Source: Zancudomyces culisetae HAW-14-8
Taxonomy: Eukaryota; Fungi; Kickxellomycota
Length of the DNA stretch: 64,000 nt
Assembly (NCBI GenBank): GCA_052426225.1
Contig: JBNJNM010000006.1
Coordinates: 186,001 to 250,000 of the forward strand
Direction of reading: 5' to 3'
This document shows positions 11,901 through 23,300 of this stretch, piece after piece (within the stretch, counting starts at the first letter, position 1; the number at the start of each line of letters is the position of its first letter). Under the pieces are notes generated by a model that ran no database searches, was not told where the DNA came from, and saw only the letters and a list, made by a program, of their open reading frames with translations. Both the position numbers and the translations under genes were made by a program.

Positions 11901-12545
11901 ACTGTTGTGACAACCATCACTGTTACTCCAAACACCACAGGAACCCCAGGTTGTGAAACTGAACCAGTAACCGTAACTGTTACTCCAAGCACCCCAGGAT
12001 GTACTTACTGTACCGTTCCAAGCACCATTACCTACACACCTAGCCCAACAACTGCAACTGTGACTGTGTACCCTACCGCACCAACCACCATTACAATCAC
12101 CCCAAGCACTCCAGGATGTACTTACTGCACTGTACCAACCACCATTACTTATACTCCAGTCCCAACTACAACCACCTACACTTCTGGCCCAACAGTAGTA
12201 ACCACAACAGTATATCCTACCACATCAATCACAATCACTGTCTACCCACCAGCACCACCAACCGTTGCACCAACCACTGGATATCCAACTGTTGCATCAA
12301 CCCCAGCACCAGAATGTGTCTGTCCAGTTGCCCCCAAGCCAACAAACTGCGTTCCAGTTACTCAATACCTAGCAACGGTTACTGTAACTCCAACCGTCAC
12401 AGTCACAGCCACAGCCAGCTGTGAAGTAGTGACATACTACCCAACTGCCAAGACAACAACCACCACTACTACCTCATCTGAAGATACTGAGATTTGTGTC
12501 ACAGAGGCTGTAACATCCACAGTTGTTGTGACTGCAGCATACTAA
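8973..12545 (+). CDS. Secreted 1190-aa repeat-rich (mucin/adhesin-like) glycoprotein
   Basis: Intronless ORF. Signal peptide MKISTLYGALYTTLLTTSVLA, dibasic sites (GKR, HKR, LRR), 55x [P/L]E[S/P]SEST, two copies of a ~95-aa helical domain separated by TETS repeats, 22x GYPTVAPTT, and a Thr/Pro/Cys-rich C-terminus with PGCxYC motifs. No obvious GPI or TM tail. Confidence 0.9.
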   Translation: MKISTLYGALYTTLLTTSVLAGEVQGKRAVRNIENLHKREAARLLRRQAAVQTITIPGFTADGKTGPGTTVGAVAVAEPESSESTLEPSESTPESSESTPESSESTPEPSESTPESSESTPEPSESTPESSESTPEPSESTPELSESTLEPSESTPESSESTPESSESTLEPSESTPEPSESTLESSESTPESSESTPESSESTPESSESTPEPSESTLESSESTPESSESTPESSESTPEPSESTPEPSESTLEPSESTPEPSESTLEPSESTPEPSESTPESSESTPEPSESTLEPSESTPESSESTPESSESTLEPSESTPEPSESTLESSESTPESSESTPESSESTPESSESTPEPSESTPESSESTPEPSESTPEPSESTLESSESTPESSESTPESSESTPEPSESTPEPSESTLEPSESTPEPSESTPEPSESTLESSESTLESSESTLEPSESTTDTTAETTSSVPTTPSGLTLGQFLAALNGLGVPGVPSLDELNALLGISLSADMSIADFLDVLAQLGLDLIPAEIFEWLQDPGAHLRELIEFITEWLRRIRDHHRPTTTPTQTSTETSTETSTETSTETSTETSAETSTETSTETSTETSTETSAETSAETTADTTADTTAETTSSVPTTPSGLTLGQFLAALNGLGVPGVPSLDELNALLGISLSADMSIADFLNVLAQLGLDLIPDEILEWLQNPGAHQDQLIEFITEWLRRILEYHRPTTTPTGYPTVAPTTGYPTVAPTTGYPTVAPTTGYPTVAPTTGYPTVAPTTGYPTVAPTTGYPTVAPTTGYPTVAPTTGYPTVAPTTGYPTVAPTTGYPTVAPTTGYPTVAPTTGYPTVAPTTGYPTVAPTTGYPTVAPTTGYPTVAPTTGYPTVAPTTGYPTVAPTTGYPTVAPTTGYPTVAPTTGYPTVAPTTGYPTVAPTYISNPITTYIPCVPTTTTSTAYPTAPTTITTTVTVPGCHYCTVVTTITVTPNTTGTPGCETEPVTVTVTPSTPGCTYCTVPSTITYTPSPTTATVTVYPTAPTTITITPSTPGCTYCTVPTTITYTPVPTTTTYTSGPTVVTTTVYPTTSITITVYPPAPPTVAPTTGYPTVASTPAPECVCPVAPKPTNCVPVTQYLATVTVTPTVTVTATASCEVVTYYPTAKTTTTTTTSSEDTEICVTEAVTSTVVVTAAY
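9207..10361 (+). repeat. 55 x 21-bp coding tandem repeat (CCTGAGTCGTCTGAGTCCACA)
   Basis: 1155 bp = 55 units. Variation is almost confined to cct/ctt and tcg/ccg/tca. Confidence 0.95.
10363..11186 (+). repeat. Two ~330-bp direct copies (offset 495 bp) of an internal domain, flanking 12-bp TETS repeats
   Basis: 10363-10691 versus 10858-11186 are near identical. ACAGAAACTTCA/ACAGAAACCTCA repeats lie between them. Confidence 0.92.
11187..11777 (+). repeat. 22 x 27-bp coding tandem repeat (GYPTVAPTT)
   Basis: 591 bp = 21 full units + 24 bp. Differences between units are at synonymous third positions. Confidence 0.95.
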
Positions 12546-12804
12546 CTACTAAATTGATACACCTGGTCCTAGCTACATGATTCTATCCAATTAATATATC
12601 TAATTTTTTTGATAGCTATTGGTTTGTTTTTTTGATTGTAGTTGAGGTAAATAAATACATTTATTTCTGGGATATGAGGCTAATAGCAAGTTTATTGGAA
12701 CAATCCATGAAGACTATATCTTTACATTTGATCACGGATACCAGGGTGAACTCAATAAGTTTAATTATCATTAGAGTATTCAGTAATGGGACTATTTTGT
12801 GATT

Positions 12805-13756
12805 TCCAGACATAATTGACAATGCAATGCGAACGATGATGAGAGCGGGTAAACCTGTGCATTGAATAGGTTGCGAAATGAACTTGGAATTCCCACAGTA
12901 AATCTAAAAGCTAGTGCGGCACGGGAAAGAGCAATTCTGAAATGGCCGACACTGAAAACATGGATTGCAGATTTAATTTTAAACTCAATGTCAAACAGAT
13001 CCAACACTTGGGTTACGGGGACGAAAAAATGGATGAAAAAATATATTGGATCGGAGAAGGATAAAACAGCGAGAAGCGTACTATTAGAACGATACTCTCG
13101 TAATGACAAGTCTAAAATCTCGAGATGGTTATTAGACAGGAATCTCGAGGGAATGAGCAATTGGATTTACCTACAACTTATATACCCTGAGCATAAGAAA
13201 GGGCTTATGGAGATAGGGAGAATAAGAACAGGTAGGTTCTGGACAGCAGAGAGGCTGGCAAAGTTGGGAACAATAGATGAAAAGTTCAAGACCAGGTGCC
13301 CATTTTGTAAAAAAAATAGCGCAGAAACCATTGAGCACATGTTACTGGACTGTAAATACTGGGCTGGAGTTAGGTATAAAACTCTGGAACGTATCCCAGA
13401 TATGTCAATTATAGAAAGTGAGGAGAGAGGTAGTAGTGAAGGATGGCGGAATTTTTTTGTAGGGCGACTCCTTGGAGGGGAGTCAAAAAGAATGGTTACT
13501 CTCTCCGTTAAGAAGAGAGAAACCGAAGCACCGTCTTTGGTTGAGCTGGTAACGGCACAATTTTTGGACGGAATATGTCGAACGAGGATGCAAGTCTTAG
13601 ACCGACTTAGATCAGAAACAACCTCCTTGAACCAACGCCCGGTGGGTATGGAGTCCCTAGAGGGACGGAGGGGAATTGGTTAGGTAGATATTTTATAGGA
13701 TTATTTTTTGTAGTTTTATGGGATATTTATTTAATAAATTCATCTAACAAAAAAAA
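12805..13756 (+). mobile_element. 5'-truncated non-LTR retrotransposon (LINE) 3' end
   Basis: ORF 12862..13683 has the C-terminal zinc-binding motif CPFCKKNSAETIEHMLLDC typical of LINE ORF2. Short 3' UTR with AATAAA (13733) and A8 tail (13749-13756). The upstream frame is broken near 12855 and no TSD was identified. Confidence 0.82.
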
Positions 13757-14053
13757 GGTACCACATTTAAATCTAATAATGACTATCGCTCGTAATAAAC
13801 GATTTTTTTAGAGCAAAAAATTGATAATACATGGTCAATGGGAGGAAAAGCTGGTTTTACCGGTTTTTTTCGGGTGATGAATTTACGAATTCTTTTGAAA
13901 TTATTTTTTCAAATGGCAAGTTTAATCTTATGGCGTTGTTTTTGCTGATGTTTGTTACGTTATTACAAATAAACCATGTTTTGCAAATCTGATTCAGAAA
14001 GCTAATTGGGCCCAATAATTAACCAAGTAGAGCCAAGGAAAATTTGGTATTTA

Positions 14054-14076
14054 GAAAATTCCAGAAAATTCGAGAA
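14054..14076. promoter_or_regulatory. Perfect 5-unit heat-shock element upstream of HSP20
   Basis: GAAaaTTCcaGAAaaTTCgaGAA. Confidence 0.85.
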
Positions 14077-14292
14077 TCCACACAGGTTTTAATGAGTAGC
14101 TCCTTGTTGTTTCCCAGAAAATTGTTGGGGGAATGAGAATATTGCTGCTGTTTAAGAAACAGGCATTGAAGCAACTCAAAATAAAAAAGTTTACAAATTT
14201 GGGGCTCATGATTACCTGTGATGCTGCATTGCATTAGCTGCATTTATTGCGCCTTGTATAACATTTAAAGAGCGCAGAACAGGTAAATATTC

Positions 14293-14320
14293 TTCTAGAA
14301 TATTAAAGAACAGTCTAGAA
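14293..14320. promoter_or_regulatory. Proximal imperfect HSE array of HSP20 (TATA box TATAAAAG at 14491)
   Basis: TTCtaGAAtaTTAaaGAAcaGTCtaGAA in 5-bp phase. Confidence 0.75.
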
Positions 14321-14615
14321 AGCCTAAAATTATCCGATGGCCTGCCGGAAAATCCTTCCTGCCACTTCAACAATTATTAGCGCGAATACCGAGGTCACTG
14401 GAGGAAACGGGCTTTGTTACACCAATACGTACCAGCGTTTTTGTATTAAATTTCAACTATGGTACTAATCATCAACTCTCCAAAGAAAAGTATAAAAGGG
14501 CACTCTGTTTCCCTTGCTCGTTTAAAACACAAGATTACACAACTATCTATTTCAAATTAGATAAAAGAGATTATTACTTGGAAGTAAAATAAAACAGAGA
14601 CAAATCAAAGACACA

Positions 14616-15170
14616 ATGTCATCAGCTTCAGAAAGAAAAGAAATTTCAAAGCCCGAGGATAGGGGCACATCAACTGTGGGTTTCTGGGGACCAAGGGGAT
14701 TTGAAGACTTTTTTGATCCGTTCCACAGACACCTCGCCCCCTTCTACAGAGACTTGGAAGATGTGTTCGGTGGTGCGTTGGCTCGCCCATTATACGCACC
14801 TTTTAGCGCAAGATCCGGAAGAAACGAAGGGATGGATAGGCTCTGGAACCCCAGAGTTGATGTTAGAGAGACTAAAGATAAAATTAAAGTGATTGCAGAT
14901 ATTCCTGGAGTTCCAAAGGAAAACGTGGAAATGAAGATTGTTAATGACAGAATTTATATCAAAGGAAAGAAGGAGGAGTCAAAACTTACTGAAGGCGAGG
15001 GAACCAGAATACAGGAAAGATCATGGGGAAACTTTGAAAGATCGTTCACACTTCCAAAGAATGTAGACACGTCAAAGATTACAGCCAAAATGGAAAACGG
15101 TGTGCTTGAGGTGGATATCCCTGTTGTAGAGCAGGCACCAAAGAACGAACTCCGTATTAGCATTGACTAA
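14616..15170 (+). CDS. Small heat-shock protein (HSP20/alpha-crystallin family)
   Basis: WNPRVDVRET, ADIPGVPKENV, ERSWGNFERSFTLP and ITAKMENGVLEVDIP motifs. Upstream HSEs and TATA box. Confidence 0.95.
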   Translation: MSSASERKEISKPEDRGTSTVGFWGPRGFEDFFDPFHRHLAPFYRDLEDVFGGALARPLYAPFSARSGRNEGMDRLWNPRVDVRETKDKIKVIADIPGVPKENVEMKIVNDRIYIKGKKEESKLTEGEGTRIQERSWGNFERSFTLPKNVDTSKITAKMENGVLEVDIPVVEQAPKNELRISID

Positions 15171-15865
15171 TCGGTGACTTGAGTTCCTTTTTATTTCGAG
15201 GCTTCTGTGTTTATGCTGAAGCAGGTTTTGGTTTCTTAGTTTAGTTTTTAGTATACGGGTTTTCTTTTTCTGTTTTATTTTATACTAAAAGTAAATCATA
15301 AAAGTTAACTCGACTTTTTTTGTAGTTTAAATATGAATAAATAAAAATAGTATACAAGAAACTTGGTGATGCTGTTGTGTTAATCAGTTTGTATTTTTTC
15401 CTTCCCCTTTATTTTTGAAGTTCAGACGTCAAGATTATTAAATGTCAAATTTAATGAAAGTGAGATTGTAGCTTGTTATATGAACAATATAATGGCTTCA
15501 TATATATTTTAGTTTGCTTGAACTTCTGTCAAGTAAATGTAGTAAATATATTGAAATTAAAAAGCTTCAAGTTTACCCAAGAAAAAGCGGTTATTCACAA
15601 AGCTAGACTCATAAGAGTTGTATTAAAACATATTAGCCAATTATATGATAAGGTGCTTCAAAAAAAAAACATGCAAACTATTATGGTCTTTCAGTTCCAG
15701 TACACTTGGGTGCAAATATGGTTTGATACCTGAATTATATGATTAATGCAAACCAGTGTGAGGCCAGAAAAAGCACCAATATTAACTAATAGCTGTTTTA
15801 CTGTTATTATTATTTTAAAAAAGCTAAGATTTAATGGTAAGTAGACAAATACATTATAAATAGGA

Positions 15866-16545
15866 TTGTTTGCCACAGCCTCTACAACCTCCCATTTTAA
15901 GCTAAAAGACACACAACAAGAGATCAGACTATACAGAATCTGCCAAGAATTTATGAAAATCGAAATAAAGGCCTCAAAAACAATCGATGTAATACATGCG
16001 TTTCTCACACCTTACGATTGCCCCAACGAACTGGTTCAAACTCATCTAAAATTAGATGAAAATGGATGTAAAAGGTATCAGGAATCTGGTTAATTGAGAA
16101 AGTCTTCAATGAACTTGGATTAATCAAAAACAGCTGAACCATTCTCGCATACGACAAAATCCCCCATACCAATGAATACATAACAGGTGGGTACTATTAT
16201 AACAACTATTTTTTAAGACAAATCTGCACCACCGAGGCGTAAGTAGTTTCGGTTAAAAACATTGCATGGTCAACTTCTGATATGACAGCAAAATCTCTTT
16301 CAAACGATGAGAATTGTGAATACCCATACTTCAGCATGGAACCAAACTCCGCTCCATACGCGATGGGCGAGGCGGAGCGCTTTGTTGAGTATAGCGTTTG
16401 TACTAATCCATCTACATGTATGGTAACTGTTAACATGTTTAACCTGGCTGCACGAGAAATAAGAAATGCACCAATTGAAGATGGCTGCACCTTCTCATTG
16501 TACAAACCCATTTTTACCCTTTATGGCGAACTTTTAGATTATTGA
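15866..16545 (+). pseudogene. Probable pseudogene of unknown family
   Basis: The frame from 16081 reads about 150 codons of protein-like sequence (GIWLIEKVFN...YKPIFTLYGELLDY) with in-frame TGA (16135) and TAA (16240). Upstream ORF 15866..16093 is in another frame. Confidence 0.35.
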
Positions 16546-16704
16546 TGTTTAATCTGCCCTCCCCTCGTTCTCCCCTACCTTTTTTTCTTTTTTTTATCTC
16601 ATCAATTTATAGACCAATAAACTATCACGACTAACAATTATTTTGGTTTCGATTTACAACACTAAAAAAAGGAAATAAATATGAGCATGTAGAGGGAAGC
16701 AAAT

Positions 16705-19431
16705 CTAACGATATATTAAATCCGAAATCCTGACTACATCCTTCAGTTCTTTAACATCATGTATCCTAACAATAGTAACGTGATTTTGTATTGCGGCCGT
16801 TACTGTAGCAGCGGTAGCCCAAACTCTATCCTTTGGCTCATTATTGTTCTGTAAAAATGCTTTTCTTGAAGTTCCTAGCAATACTGGAAAATTCTCAATA
16901 CTAACTTTTGACAAAAGTTGTAGCATCTGAGTACAATGGTTATAGTTATTATGATAATCAAAGATATGACTATCGTTTTTAAACAACAGGTCCAGGTTTT
17001 TCATGATTTGGAAATTCTGCTTTTTGTTTTTGGAGAACCCTATTCCGGGGTCCAAAATAATATTATATCGTGGAATTCCTGCACGCAATGCATTTTTCAC
17101 ACGATGAGATAGTTCTAACTTTACACATGTAATCAAAGTAACAATCTCCTCTTGTTCCTGTTCCTGGTCCTGCTCCTTATTTTCCAGAGTGTGTTCCTGA
17201 TCCCTAGTCGAGCTTAGGCCAATTTTCGGGCGGTTGTAATCTGTATTGACTTTACTAAACATTGTTTGTGGGGTGCCTCTCATATGCATCAAAACAACGG
17301 GGCACCCGTGTTCTGCCACCACGTTAAACATACTTTTGTCCATCTCGCCTCCAGATACATCATTTATGATATCCGCTCCAGCCTCCAAAGCTTTTCTAGC
17401 TACTTCAGAATTAAAAGTGTCGATGGAAACTACAATACCCTGAGACTTTGATTTAATTTTTTCCACAACAGGAACTACTCTGCGGATCTCCTCGTCAGTA
17501 CTAATAATTTCCTTTACTTTTGGGTTTGTCGACTGACCGCCAATGTCTATTATAGATGCACCATCCTCCCACATTGAAAGGGCGTGCTCGACGGCGATAT
17601 CAAGGTTATTAAAGTTTCCGCCATCACTAAACGAATCTGGTGTAAAATTGAGTATTCCCATAATCAATGTTTCGTTTTGAGCTCTTCCCAATGTAAAAAG
17701 CCCTTTGTTTGAACCTCTTATTACACTTTTCTCTTCATTACTAGATGTGCCATGTACACCATTTCCAATACAAGAGGTAAATTCATTGCGGCTTATTGGC
17801 ATCACTTGCTGGATATCATCAGGAACATTACTATGTGTTGTAAGCCGTCTGCATATCAAGCCAACCTCCATATTTAATTTGTTGTGGACTAGGCGAGGAT
17901 TCATGTCACATACTGGTTGGAGTTGAAACTTTCTTTCATGCACTCGAGGATGAGGGATCGTAAGCCTTTCTGTCTCATAAACCAAGTCTTCGTAAAACAA
18001 GATGTCCAGATCTATTACTCGCGGACCAAATCTCATCATTGAAAAATCTCGCCCCAAATCTGCTTCAATGCCCTTTAAGAAGTCCAGTAGTTCCTGAGGA
18101 GAAAGAGTTGTTTCGATCTAGTTTAATTACAGTTATTCCCGGATTGTTAGTATCAGAGGGAAAAGCAAGACAAAATAGGTATATCAATAAAAAAAAACCG
18201 GAATAGTCGAGAACATATAATCAGAACCCGCTCAATTTTAATCCTAAATTAACACTGAATTCAATAACTGTAAAAAAAAAACGAATATAACATGACTTTA
18301 GAAAATTACCTTGAATGCCGTATTCAGAAATGCTGGTTGATCCAGTACATACATAGGTGACGTTTGATACAAGAATCCAGTGTCTACGACCTTGGAATGT
18401 TTACTCTCGTTTATAGTTTTCAGTGCATCGTTGATGTTTTTCAGCCTATCACCGAGATTTGACCCCACACCGATATAAGATATAGAGCTTCCTTCAAGTG
18501 TTTTGTCTTGACAAGCTGTACTATCGTTATCCATTTTTTTAATAATATCCTCTGCTACAACCACACTAGAAACTTCTTCATTAGGTTCCCTCTCCCCCGC
18601 TTCACTATTACTTGCACTAACCAATGATCCGATTATTTGCTCTCTTGTTCGCGTAATTGTTACAGCTGAACATTCAGCGAACATCAGTGCTGAAGGCTTT
18701 TTGATACTAACTGTGATCTTGTTCACCTTGTGCTCCATGATCGCAACCCGTGCTATGGCCACTGCTAAAGCCTCAACTGTCAAATAACTTGTTCTTTCTT
18801 CGGTGTATTTGCTAACCCTATCTACCAATTTTCTGATATCCTGATTCTTTTTTATGACAAACCCTTGGCTTTGTCCTAACTCTTTTTCTTCATTCTTTTC
18901 AACATGAATAGTCATTCCAACCAAAATGTTTTGCTTTTCGTATCGCTCCCAAGTATTGACACCTAAGATCACACTCAGTTTTAGATCTATTACAGATACA
19001 AGATCCTCACCAACCAACTCCCCTGCCGATTTAAGCGCAATTTCTCGAAACTTTTCATATTGTCCCATCTCTTTCTTTTGAGCTCTATAAATTTCAACTT
19101 GCCCATATTTTGCTCTCAGGAACGTTTTTCTTTTTTTAATTGTTACAAATACGCCCATGACCATGTCGGCCTTCAGAGAAAAGCAGATATCAGCCACGTT
19201 TTCGGCCAGCTCTTCCATACATTTATGCGCTTGCGATTCAGCAAATTTCTCTATTGCCTTACAAAGCTTTCCATAATGAACACTATCTGTTACTCTATCG
19301 TATCGGCCTGCCTCTGCCACCGAGGCTTGTACTTTCACAGTTATAAGAACTGGTTGTTTTTTGGTTCGATCCCAGGAGTCTCTGCCCAAGATTGTCCGTA
19401 CTTCAAGATTATGTATTTCTATTGTATCCAT
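16705..19431 (-). CDS. FOL1: Trifunctional folate synthesis protein DHNA-DHNA-HPPK-DHPS; exons 19431-18310, 18117-16705
   Basis: Two DHNA domains (DSVHYG, SYLTVEALA), HPPK (YIGVGSNLGDR, GPRVIDLDIL, PHPR) and DHPS (MGILNFTPDSFSDGG, SIDTF, DPGIGFSK, GTSRK, RIHDV). GT-AG intron 18118-18309 with CTAAC branch restores the frame (AFK|IETTLSP). Confidence 0.96.
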
Positions 19432-20399
19432 ACTTGTCTTTCGAAGATTCTGCCTGGTTACGATGCCGGATTTACACCTTTTTTTTCTTTATAATCTTAT
19501 TATTTAAATTAGATTTTTTTATTATCAAAAGTACTGATAAATAGATTAAAATTAGCAGTTCTATATCAGACTTTGAGACCTGAACCCTAGGCTATATCTT
19601 TTATAACTTCTAAAATTATGTGGACTTAGTAGCTGTATTCTTTTTTTCAAATGGAAAAAATTTTTAAGGGAAAGAACTTTTGTTTTATGTTCCGCAATAT
19701 ACTTACTAAGTGATTTTGCACAGTTGAATTTCAAATTAGGGATTTCAAACTTTAGGTTGTGAATCAAAAATCCCTAACTAACGAATGTTTTTTCGAATCA
19801 TCAAATGAAATTAGCCGTTCGCTGAATTACTGTTACCATTCGAAGCTATGTTTAAATCACAAATCATATGATGGCGTCAGGATAACAACTGAAAATTTAA
19901 CAGATATTTTTACTGCCAATGGTTATAACAACAATTATCGGATAATGGCTTTGATCATGATTTTCTAAGTATATTAGTGGAAAAGCCAACAAAAAATAAA
20001 ATAATCGAGAATATTCAGATTAACAGTCAAAAGTTAGTGGAAGCAGGAGGTAAGAGAAAAAAAAAGTTCTATAATAGAAAAACACAGATGTTTGAACCCC
20101 GAAACCGTGGCAAGCATTTGGTAGGAACATGACTTTAAGAAACGTTCATATTTAATATTATAATACACAGAGGTAAAGATCGTTGTAAATACTCGAGCAC
20201 AAATGAATAAAAATAACCAGACGTTGTATATGTAAATCGCTATCGAACTGAACATGAGATTAAAGAGCTTTAACGATGAACATCATCTTTATCTAGGTAT
20301 TATGTATTAGTGAACTAAATGGACAAATTGTACGTATTTTTAGAGCAGCCAAGATTAAAACTCCGAGGTAGAATCTTCATAGCAACATAAAATAGAACA

Positions 20400-23300
20400 A
20401 TGCAAAGGATTTTCGACAGCAACATTAGCAAGATTACTAGCAAAAAAATCCTATTCGGTCGTAATAATCTCACTAATTCATCACTCAATGGGCAAACTTG
20501 TAACTATCAATATGGTGGTATAGCAGGTCTATTGTAAGCATTTCTAAATTATACTCAAAGATATATTTCTCTTTTGTCCGACTCTACATCAGGTCACATA
20601 ATCAAATATTTAAGCGTGCAGTAATGAACTAGTAATATTATTTATTATACAGTTTTTTTTTTTGCTATCTCAAAATACTGTACTACAAAAAATATATTTA
20701 AATATAATAATATAATAATAAATAAAGCAAAAATGGTAAAGTGAATCTACTAAACCCTCAAGAAGACTTCCTGAATGTTCACGGCATAAAAATCAAAGAT
20801 GAGTACTTGTGGCTCGATAGAACGCAGCAAAAGGTATTGTCGATTATAATTTTATATATCTTATGTGTTTTGATATTGGTAATCAAGTGTTCCATAATAT
20901 TTAGGAAGTGGTAAAAAGATACTTGCAAATTGAAAACGCATTCACAACAAAAATTTTGGGGATGAGAAAGAGATACAAAAAACACAATCGGATGGCCAAT
21001 GAGTTTGAGGATATACTAAGGGTGGAAACAGGTCGGAATGACCAAGGGAATAGACTACTGTTAGATGGGTATCTTTATTTTAGTAAAGAATATGGTGGCC
21101 GCGACAATTCATCAAAAACAAAATATTTTAAGAAGGCTCAGGATGGTAACCACGAGGTACTTAATATTGTTTTATTACGACTTTTTATACCAACCAAACT
21201 ACTTACCCAGTAAAAAGAGGGGGGAGGGGGATACTTACATAAAACCATTGTTACATAAATAAAAAAAGCTACCAAAGTATCATAAACATTTGACTAGATT
21301 GAAATTCTGGATACAAGCGAAATTTTCAAAAAATTCGGATTAGTAGTCGAGTGTATTCTCATTTCAGAGGACAGTAAGTACATAGGCTTTGGGGCAAAAG
21401 ATCCAAAATTTGGTGTCGATCATGAAGGGAGCGCGCTATTGATCTATAAAAACGATGTCACCAACCCATACGTAAGTTTAAACTCGCATAACAATGAATG
21501 CATAGCTGTTAAATATGCTTTTTTTATTATTTATTTTATTTTTTTAAAAAAAACTGATTCATTTAACTTTAGATGGTGGATATAATCCATGAAGTATATC
21601 GATTTGTCTGGGGGGAGAAGGACCAGGTGTTTTATACCGCCCTGGATCAAAACTTAAGCTCAAAGAGAGTATATCAGCGCCTAATTAGTCAGGTTCCATA
21701 TATGGATAATACAACATTCGATTGTGACAGCATAACACATCAGGATATTCTAGTTTTTCAGGAGTTTGAAAATGACTATTTTGTTGATTTAGCAAAAACA
21801 AAAGACAACAAATACATATTAGTGTACAGTAACACACATAGTACTACTGAACCAAAAGTTTTTGGTTCACATTGTATATTTACAGAGGAAAATCTTCAAC
21901 AAAACAGTAGAATACTAAAATTGGTCAAAAGCAGAAGCAAAAATGTAGAGATGTATCTGGAGCATTATAAGGTTTGTTTACACTCACATTTTAATGTACT
22001 TATATATTTATTCCACAACTTGGGTTTTATAAGATTCAACTGAAAGTATTTGATGATAGCAAAGGCAATACTATTTAAACTAGAGTCCAGTATCCAAAAA
22101 TATACGGGTTGACACTATGAAATAAAACTTAATTACTCTTCCTTCAATTTTTTATACTAATTTGCTATATAGGATCGATTTATACTGCTTTCTAACTGCA
22201 ATCCAAATCAAGAAACAAAAACAAATCCACAAACAATGACGCCAAAATTTAAAATTTATAGAACAGATGATGATGATTTTTCGTCTGGGCGTTGGATGGA
22301 GTGGATAAGTATGGGTGATGGTGTTGATATTCAGGATTTAGAGCTTTTTGATGTAAATGTACAGAATTTATTATATAGTTTGTAGTTTATATTTACAAAT
22401 AGTGTAAAGAGAGGTTTCAAGATATTTAGACGTAAAATCGGTTGTATATATAGGATAGTGTCTTGGTTCAAGGGGTAAATAATGGAATTCCACACATAAC
22501 ACTGTTTGGATTTGAAAATGATAAAGAAATTCGCATGAAGTTACCACTAGGACAGAATACACCTACTCACATTTTTCCGAGTTACAAAACGGTAATTTTT
22601 AGTTTTTACGATACTTTGGCTGAAATATAACCGTTTCCATAAATCCTACTTCGAACTATTACAATAACTTGAATAATAATATGCTGAAAATATAGACACC
22701 GTTTACAAACAATATAGAGTTTAAGTATTCATCCCCAGTAGATCTACCAACTTTGGCTGCTTGGGACACTACGAGTGGGCAAATTATAAGAAATGACAAA
22801 GTTACCCATACGCATTGGAATCCTAGAGATTATTTAATCAAACGAGAGATGGCACCAAGCCATGATGGACACGCCATTCCACTAACCATAGTGCATCACA
22901 AATTAACAAACCCCTCTCCCAGGTAACTGAGAACCCATTACCATTACCTATCATTAACCTGCCGATGTTTAAGACTGATTAATTATGGACACTTTTAAAA
23001 ACAAAGAGGCGTATTATGGTAAATTATAGAAACAAGATGTTGATACATGTTTATGGGTGCTATGGTGTTAATATGGAAACTAGCTTCCGTTTGGAAGACG
23101 TATACTTATTGAAAAGCGGATGGATAATCGTTTATGTGCATGTCAGGTAATTTATATGACCGAATTCATCTTCCTGTCCTCTAAGAATGCGACAAATAAA
23201 GCAAAGTAGATATTTATTTAATTGATACTTACACTAAATAAACAAATAGAGGAGGAAGAGAGCTCGGAAAAAATTGGCATTTGATGGGAATGGGTCCAAA

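Noticed and set aside
8963-11910. Long alternative-frame and antisense ORFs (479, 419, 430, 262, 197 aa) over the mucin gene
   Set aside because: They are by-products of stop-free 21- and 27-bp repeats. Only the 8973 frame has a signal peptide and synonymous-site variation.
16135-16137. In-frame TGA as selenocysteine
   Set aside because: Followed by an in-frame TAA, with no redox motif and no SECIS seen downstream.
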